A stretch of 64,000 bases of DNA from NCBI GenBank assembly GCA_965651715.1, contig CBFGTB010000001.1, forward strand, positions 26,938-90,937, given 5' to 3'. Below, piece by piece: positions 58,773 to 64,000 of this stretch. The DNA comes from an uncultured Gemmatimonadales bacterium. Its GTDB lineage: Bacteria; Gemmatimonadota; Gemmatimonadetes; Gemmatimonadales; GWC2-71-9. The notes beneath the pieces were generated by a model that saw only the letters and a list, made by a program, of their open reading frames with translations, did not search any database and was not told the origin of the DNA. Each line of letters opens with the position of its first letter. The stretch's first letter is position 1. Made by a program: the position numbers and the translations under genes.

Positions 58773-59408
58773 TCAGTCGAGGTCGGGAAGGATGTGCGCC
58801 ATCGCGGCGCGCAGAGCCGCGCGGGGCGTGTCGCCCAGCACTGTCGGATGACTGCGCCAGACCACCGCCCCGCTGCGGCTGTCGGCCAGCAACAGCACCA
58901 GTTCGGCCCGGACCGCTCCGCTGTCGGGCGCCAGCCGCGCGGCCGCCGGAATCATCACCAGGCGGGCATTGGTCATCGCCGACAACGCCCGCAGGTACGA
59001 GCGCAGCGGATCGGGAATCCGATCGAGGTTGGGAGCCCGCATCACCGCCTGCCCCATGCGGTCAGGCTCCGGCATCATGTTGGGAGCGCGCGCCGCCACC
59101 CGGCGGAGTTCGGGCGGCAAGACCCAAGTCACCTCCGGGCCATGCTCAAGCAGCATCTCCCCCACCAGCGAATCGACCCAGGCCAAACGCTCGGCGCGGT
59201 CGCCCGGGAGATACTCATCGGTCGGCGGCTCGGCAATCAGCATGGTGATCGGCAGCACCGGGATGGTCTGACCCGCCAGCGGTGCCACGGCCAGAGCCGG
59301 TGCCGCTGCGGCCGCCGGACGGGCGGCGGATTCGGTGCGCGACCCGGCCGAGCAGGCCAGCGACGCCAACCCGAGAACGGAGAGCAGAATGGCTTTCACC
59401 CGGGGCAA
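58773..59408 (-). CDS. Hypothetical lipoprotein
   Basis: Lipobox 'LASLAC' after a TTG (59408) or GTG (59399) start. No family recognised. Confidence 0.5.
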   Translation of the reverse strand: MPRVKAILLSVLGLASLACSAGSRTESAARPAAAAAPALAVAPLAGQTIPVLPITMLIAEPPTDEYLPGDRAERLAWVDSLVGEMLLEHGPEVTWVLPPELRRVAARAPNMMPEPDRMGQAVMRAPNLDRIPDPLRSYLRALSAMTNARLVMIPAAARLAPDSGAVRAELVLLLADSRSGAVVWRSHPTVLGDTPRAALRAAMAHILPDLD

Positions 59409-59409
59409 G

Positions 59410-60258
59410 CTATTCGAGCGACAGGCCGCCGTCTACGACCAGGGTCTGGCCGGTGATGTGGCGCGCCTGCTCCGAGCAGAGGAAGCTGACCACACTGGCG
59501 ATGTCCTCGGGTTCCGCCAGACGCCCCAGGACCGACCGCTTGCGGGCTCGCTCGATCACATCGGGAGGCAGGGCGTCGAGCCGTTCGGTGTGAACAAACC
59601 CCGGGGCAACAGCATTGACATTGACCTGGCTGGGGCCGAACTCGACAGCCGCCGCCCGGGTCAGCGCCTCAAGAGCCGCCTTGCTGGCGGCGTAGCTCGC
59701 CACCCCGAACCCGGGCCGGAGCGCCTGATGGGCCGAGATATTGACCACCCGACCACTGCGTTGACGACGGAAGTGGGGCGCGCAGGCGGCCATGCAATGC
59801 CACGCCCCTGTCACATTGGTATCGATCACCGCCTGCCAATGTTCGGCGCTGAGGCGCCAGAGGGCGCCGTCGTGGGCGATGCCGGCGTTATTCACCAGGT
59901 ATTGCACGCCGCCCCAGCGCTCGACCACTTCGGCCACGAATCGGTCCACCGCCGCTCGGTCGCGGACGTCACAGCGGCGCGACAGCACCGCTACGCCGCC
60001 GTGGCGGAGCGCCGCCTCGGTGAGCAGCGCCATCGACTCGATGTCGCGACCGGGCAGCGGGACCCAGCAGAACGCCACCCGGCAGCCCTGGCGACCGAAC
60101 TCCTGCACGATCGCGCGTCCCAGCCCGGTGGCACCGCCGGTGACGATCGCAACCGGCGTCGCCGCCGGATCGGTCGCCACGGGATCGGGCCGGGGGGCGG
60201 TGAGCGTCGCGGCACCCGGAGCCGGGGCGGCCTGCCACGAAAAGGGGGACAAATCCAT
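59410..60258 (-). CDS. Short-chain dehydrogenase/reductase (FabG-like)
   Basis: 'TGGATGLG' cofactor motif and 'YAASKAAL' catalytic YxxxK. The N-terminal ~35 aa may be over-extended. Confidence 0.85.
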   Translation of the reverse strand: MDLSPFSWQAAPAPGAATLTAPRPDPVATDPAATPVAIVTGGATGLGRAIVQEFGRQGCRVAFCWVPLPGRDIESMALLTEAALRHGGVAVLSRRCDVRDRAAVDRFVAEVVERWGGVQYLVNNAGIAHDGALWRLSAEHWQAVIDTNVTGAWHCMAACAPHFRRQRSGRVVNISAHQALRPGFGVASYAASKAALEALTRAAAVEFGPSQVNVNAVAPGFVHTERLDALPPDVIERARKRSVLGRLAEPEDIASVVSFLCSEQARHITGQTLVVDGGLSLE

Positions 60259-60660
60259 CCCGCGAAGCTACGGGCGGATCGGCGGGGCCACAAGCGAGCC
60301 GCCCGGCGGGCGGACCAGTTCAACGCATCGACCGGTTACCCCGCGCCGGACGCATCCGGGCCAGGACTATCCGGCGGGCCACGCCGTGGCAGTTGACACC
60401 CTGCGTGAAGCCGTCAGCAGCCCGATCCCGTGCGTCGGCCTCACCACGCGGCTCCCTGCCAGACCGGTGGCGGCACGGAATGCTCAGACAAGAGGACGTG
60501 CGATGCGGTTAACATCCGAGTCGGAGACAGCCACAGGTCAACCAGCGGACCGTGCCAGGTCCGGCAGTCCACCGGCCACAGCAGAAGTTCGCGAGTCGCG
60601 CGCGTATCCGATTGGCGCTCGCAAAGGCAGTTACCCCGTTGGCTGAAAAGGACGGATACG

Positions 60661-61788
60661 ATGCGTCACAATCGCCAGAGCGCCCTTTCCGACGTCCGGT
60701 GGACAGCAGTGCGACTCCCGCGCATGCTGTGCGGGATGCTCTGGATGGTCGTGATCGCATGCAGCGACACACACAGCTCCCGGGGGCCCCTCCTCGCGTC
60801 AGCCGGTAACACCGTTGCCGAAATGAGCCACGTCGATCTGCACCCGGATGACTTGATCGGTACCTTGGTCAGCGCAAGCCCTCTGTACGGGACGCTCGAC
60901 GGGATCGCCGCGACCACCAGTGCCCTGTGGGTTATTGATATGGCCGGCGATCCGTTTGTCCATCGAATCGACGTCGCGACCGGGTCCGTGACGTCATTTG
61001 GTCGACGCGGCGAGGGCCCCGGTGAGCTGCGTGGGATCTCATCCTTGCACGTCGCGAACGATTCGCTGTTCTTGTTCGACGAGACACAGGGTCGCCTGCA
61101 GATCATCGCCGACACGGCGACGAATTGGCGGAGTGCAGTGACCGTCGACCTCCGCACCATCGCGGGTCGGCTTCCTCTGGATATCCTGCCACTGCGCAAC
61201 GCGACAATGCTGCTCCAGTGGGCAGATACTGCCGTACCGTATGGGATTGCGACGCGCGGCGGCGACGTTCTGCACCGGATTCTGCTTGCCCCGCCCGGGC
61301 CCGAATCCGCCGACCTGGCGAGTCGCAAGGAGATCCTGTTTCAATCGCACTCCTGTCGTGGCGCGACGGGTGATCAGATCGCCATCGCCTACTTGAAGCT
61401 TGGTCGCCTCGACATCGTCAGTACCGCGGATGGCGACGTCCGCTCCGCCGACGTTCCCCTTGACGAAACGCCTGCCGTACGAACAGGGTCATCCGGGAAG
61501 ACTGTCCTTGATCGCCGTCGCGTCTACTATCGGGGGTGTACAGGAGTCGGGCAGAATTTCGCCGCGCTATTCTCGGGGCGCCACCTCGATTCATTCCCAC
61601 TCACCGAGGGGGCACTCGGCCGCTTTGTCCACGTCTTTGGTTCGAACGGACAGCTTCGTGGGGTACTCCGCCTCGATCATGCGGTCTCGGGAATTGCTAT
61701 CGCCCCAGGCGATTCCCTGCTGTACGCGCCGATCCGCGATCGGGGCGAGGTGTGGCGCTACTCCTTACCCGCGTGGGTGTCTCGATGA
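60661..61788 (+). CDS. Beta-propeller (NHL / 6-bladed-like) lipoprotein, paralog P3
   Basis: Track ORF 60430..61788, trimmed to ATG 60661, which is preceded by AAGGA. Lipobox 'VVIAC' and blade motif 'GRRGEGPGELRGISSL'. Confidence 0.65.
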   Translation: MRHNRQSALSDVRWTAVRLPRMLCGMLWMVVIACSDTHSSRGPLLASAGNTVAEMSHVDLHPDDLIGTLVSASPLYGTLDGIAATTSALWVIDMAGDPFVHRIDVATGSVTSFGRRGEGPGELRGISSLHVANDSLFLFDETQGRLQIIADTATNWRSAVTVDLRTIAGRLPLDILPLRNATMLLQWADTAVPYGIATRGGDVLHRILLAPPGPESADLASRKEILFQSHSCRGATGDQIAIAYLKLGRLDIVSTADGDVRSADVPLDETPAVRTGSSGKTVLDRRRVYYRGCTGVGQNFAALFSGRHLDSFPLTEGALGRFVHVFGSNGQLRGVLRLDHAVSGIAIAPGDSLLYAPIRDRGEVWRYSLPAWVSR

Positions 61789-61970
61789 AGCGGATCATTG
61801 ATCTGTCTACGCTCGTCGTACTCATTGCGGTCGGTCTCGGGACCGCCCGCCTGCCGAGGGCCATGAACGTCCAAACCGTCTCGGGGCACACGGTCGTGGG
61901 ACTCACCACCGACATCGATGGATTCGTCAATGTCGACATCCTCCATTCAACCGCCTGCCCCACCTGCTGA
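61785..61970 (+). CDS. Candidate 61-aa exported peptide ending in CPTC
   Basis: The ATG overlaps the P3 stop (ATGA), and its own stop is 1 nt before the next ATG. Sequence: MKRIIDLSTLVVLIAVGLGTARLPRAMNVQTVSGHTVVGLTTDIDGFVNVDILHSTACPTC. By hand count, 48 of 61 third positions are G/C. Confidence 0.4.
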   Translation: MKRIIDLSTLVVLIAVGLGTARLPRAMNVQTVSGHTVVGLTTDIDGFVNVDILHSTACPTC

Positions 61971-61971
61971 A

Positions 61972-63774
61972 ATGCGCCGCGCCCTGCTGCTGATCGTCGG
62001 GCTGTGTGCTGCGCTCAGCTCGGCAGCAGCCCAGGAGCGGCCGGTCATGGACCCCGACGGCAACCTGATTCAATACGACGAACGGCCGATCGGCATGACC
62101 CGCATCCGAGTCGCCTGCGCCAGCGACTCGGCAAATGATGTCAGCCACCTGAGAGACCGGCAGGTCACGCTCGCGGCCGCCGCCGCGGCCCACCCCGACG
62201 ACCGCCAGCTCTGGCACCGCCTCGGCTGCACCCGCGCGCTGCTCTTCACAGCACGCGACCTGGCAACCCCCGGATTCCTGATGCCGCTCGGCACGTCGTG
62301 GGCCGGCGGCGCAGTCGCTGTTTTACTTCGCGCCGTCGACCGCTGGCCCGATGACACCGATCTCTCCCAGCTCCTGGCGACACTGTCGCTGGAGACGCTG
62401 TCAGCCGCCCAGCTCGGAGCAAGTCGGGAGAACCACCGGACCCGGACCGATGACCAGTCGCCCGCCCCGGCTCACCGGCGCCTCTGGACGGCACTGCACA
62501 ACCGCGACGGCACCCCGATCGAATACCGCGCCTGCGTCTCGCTGGCACTTGAGCTGTCCCGAGCCGACGATGCGACCTGGTGCGCCCGCCGCGCTCTCTC
62601 CCTGGGCGTCGATTCGACCTGGCACCTGCTCCGGCTCTCCTACCTCGCCTTCCGTGACGACCGTCTGCTGGCCGGCAAGCTCAACTTCGATCTGGCAGTG
62701 ACCAGCGCCCACACGCCGGCAATGCGCGCCGAAATCGGCTGGCACCTGGTGCACCGCTCGGCGGGATTCTCGGGCAATCTGACGCACGCCCAGCCGTGGC
62801 AGATGATGAGCCGAGCGGTGAACGACTCGATCCTGACTCTTCCTGACAGCGTCTTTCCGGGATGGGTGGTCGCCCGGAACCATGCACTTCGGCGCCATGG
62901 CTGGCCCAGTGCGACGGTCCGGCTCTTCATGGCGTTTCATGACGTGGTCCATTCCGGCGGCGGATTCCGGGGGTGCCAGGCGGTTTACGGTGCTAACCCG
63001 TCGTGTCCGAACGTGCCCGCCGAGGACTGGCGTCGGTGGATCGGAATCCTTAACGCGGAATCGTACCGGCTCTGGAACGACTCGGGCCGGAGCGTCGTGG
63101 CGCTTATGCCGGTGCGGATCACGCCGCCATCATGCGACGACCGACCGGGAACGGCGCAGCAGACGACGCAGGTGATGTTCCGCCGCTGGGATGCCCGGAC
63201 CCGGCAATGGAGTTCCCGTGCTGTCGATGCACCATTTCGGCGTTTGCCGTCAGACGATCATGAGGGATGTGCCCGGGATGCGCTGTTCACCTTCGCCGGG
63301 CGCGCCGCTCCGGGAACCTGGGCGATCAGTGCCATCGCCGACTCAGGTGGGTGGACGGCCGACGACGACGGAGTGCTCCCGTCACTCGCCGATGCGCCGT
63401 TCGCACTGTCTGATCTGGTGATCGGCAGGCCCGGACACGACCCGGACCTGAGATTCAACGGCGAAACCGCGGCGGCATCGCCCACCGACCGCTTCCAGTC
63501 ACGCGATACGCTCAGCGTCTTCTTCCAGGTGAAATCGCAGCAGTCCAACGACAGCGCCACTGTCGCGCTGGAGATCATGACACTCAACAGTCAGCATCTC
63601 CCCGAGGAGTCACGAGTCCGGCTCACCTTCCCCACCCGTCTCACCGGCCGATTTACCCCGGTGCTCCGCGTGCTGTCACTCGGGCCGCTCGATCAGGGCG
63701 AGTACCTGCTCCGCGTCACGGTCTCAACAGCGACCCGGAGCGGCAGTGCCGAACGGCGGTTTACAATCGAGTAG
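61972..63774 (+). CDS. Large secreted hypothetical protein
   Basis: Track ORF 61918..63774, trimmed to MRRALLLIVGLCAALSSAAAQE (ATG 61972). No catalytic motif recognised. Confidence 0.6.
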   Translation: MRRALLLIVGLCAALSSAAAQERPVMDPDGNLIQYDERPIGMTRIRVACASDSANDVSHLRDRQVTLAAAAAAHPDDRQLWHRLGCTRALLFTARDLATPGFLMPLGTSWAGGAVAVLLRAVDRWPDDTDLSQLLATLSLETLSAAQLGASRENHRTRTDDQSPAPAHRRLWTALHNRDGTPIEYRACVSLALELSRADDATWCARRALSLGVDSTWHLLRLSYLAFRDDRLLAGKLNFDLAVTSAHTPAMRAEIGWHLVHRSAGFSGNLTHAQPWQMMSRAVNDSILTLPDSVFPGWVVARNHALRRHGWPSATVRLFMAFHDVVHSGGGFRGCQAVYGANPSCPNVPAEDWRRWIGILNAESYRLWNDSGRSVVALMPVRITPPSCDDRPGTAQQTTQVMFRRWDARTRQWSSRAVDAPFRRLPSDDHEGCARDALFTFAGRAAPGTWAISAIADSGGWTADDDGVLPSLADAPFALSDLVIGRPGHDPDLRFNGETAAASPTDRFQSRDTLSVFFQVKSQQSNDSATVALEIMTLNSQHLPEESRVRLTFPTRLTGRFTPVLRVLSLGPLDQGEYLLRVTVSTATRSGSAERRFTIE

Positions 63775-64000
63775 TCGGCCCCGCCTGCCGGCGTCGCCGG
63801 CGCGCCGCGGCACCCGCCATACCCACCAGACCGGTGCCCAGCAATGTCAGCGTGGTAGGTTCGGGAACCGTCGCGGCACTCACGTCATCGATGCCGCCGG
63901 TGACAGCAAAGGATTCGCTCACCGCGGCGCCATCGTCGAGCCCCGTGTCGCCCTGGGTATAGAGCATCATCACATACGCGCCGTGCACCTCGAGCCGATC
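63761..64000 (-). CDS. C-terminal part of a PEP-CTERM sorting-signal protein (gene continues past the right edge)
   Basis: C-terminus 'VPEPTTLTLLGTGLVGMAGAAARRRRR'. The frame is open to the window end. Confidence 0.7.
   Translation of the reverse strand, partial: DRLEVHGAYVMMLYTQGDTGLDDGAAVSESFAVTGGIDDVSAATVPEPTTLTLLGTGLVGMAGAAARRRRRQAGPTTRL

Noticed and set aside
60393-60398. TTGACA as the -35 box of a P3 promoter
   Set aside because: No acceptable -10 hexamer lies 16-18 nt downstream (AGCAGC there). A single hexamer match is expected by chance.
60550-60585. SRP/4.5S RNA-like 'CCAGGTCCGG' string
   Set aside because: The conserved GGAAGGAAGCAGC helix-8 continuation and the GNAR tetraloop are absent, so the resemblance is limited to a few bases.
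60503-60646. 47-codon ORF (MRLTSESETATGQPADRARSG...) with an AAGAGGA SD-like sequence 6 nt upstream
   Set aside because: Only 27 of 47 third positions are G/C by hand count, far below the coding genes here. The product is hydrophilic, featureless and without motif. It is treated as non-coding spacer.
61918-61971. Upstream ATG (MDSSMSTSSIQPPAPPAE...) as the start of the 618-aa ORF
   Set aside because: It would overlap the 61-aa ORF by 53 nt and place 18 non-signal residues before an otherwise canonical signal peptide. ATG 61972 is preferred.

Overview
High-GC bacterial chromosomal window. Hand counts of 100-nt samples give about 72% GC in core genes and 61-63% in a few accessory genes. It is densely packed with about 64 protein-coding genes, many joined by 1-4 nt start/stop overlaps (ATGA, GTGA, TGATG). 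Outer-membrane beta-barrel-like proteins, lipoproteins and two PEP-CTERM proteins point to a diderm. A Gemmatimonadota-like organism is only a guess. Most of the window is housekeeping:
- maf-dtd, glmM-glmS, purD, fpg, guaB, gpmI, queD, moeA, htpX-terC-asd
- nadB-nadA-nadC
- etfB-etfA-gcdH plus ETF-QO
- a ubiE/ubiD/ubiA/ubiX quinone cluster
- Mrp/NifU/NrnA
- two APC permeases
- an ECF sigma/anti-sigma module, one HD-GYP response regulator and one GGDEF cyclase

I recognised no rRNA, tRNA, CRISPR array, transposase or integrase.

The least ordinary content is as follows.
1. A non-coding composite repeat I do not recognise. It combines long imperfect hairpin modules with in-phase 33-bp tandem units built from a CGCGAATG / CATTCGCG decamer. 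It occurs only in the two intergenic regions upstream of two paralogous beta-propeller lipoprotein genes, which sit between two tandem glutaryl-CoA-dehydrogenase paralogs. One array supplies the last 20 codons and the stop codon of the upstream dehydrogenase.
2. A four-member family of G-x-G-x-GPG-[EDR]-[FLI] propeller proteins. One member is a left-edge fragment absent from the ORF track.
3. An AT-richer, translationally coupled cassette: propeller lipoprotein, then a 61-aa peptide ending in CPTC, then a 600-aa secreted protein.
4. An APC permease whose conserved N-terminus has no ATG/GTG/TTG start and appears to initiate at a CTG in a CTGA overlap.
5. A five-gene coupled operon: Zn-ribbon membrane protein, large secreted protein, metallophosphoesterase, SprT-like protease, acyl-CoA dehydrogenase.

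All functional calls rest on motifs read by eye from the translations. No database search was run.
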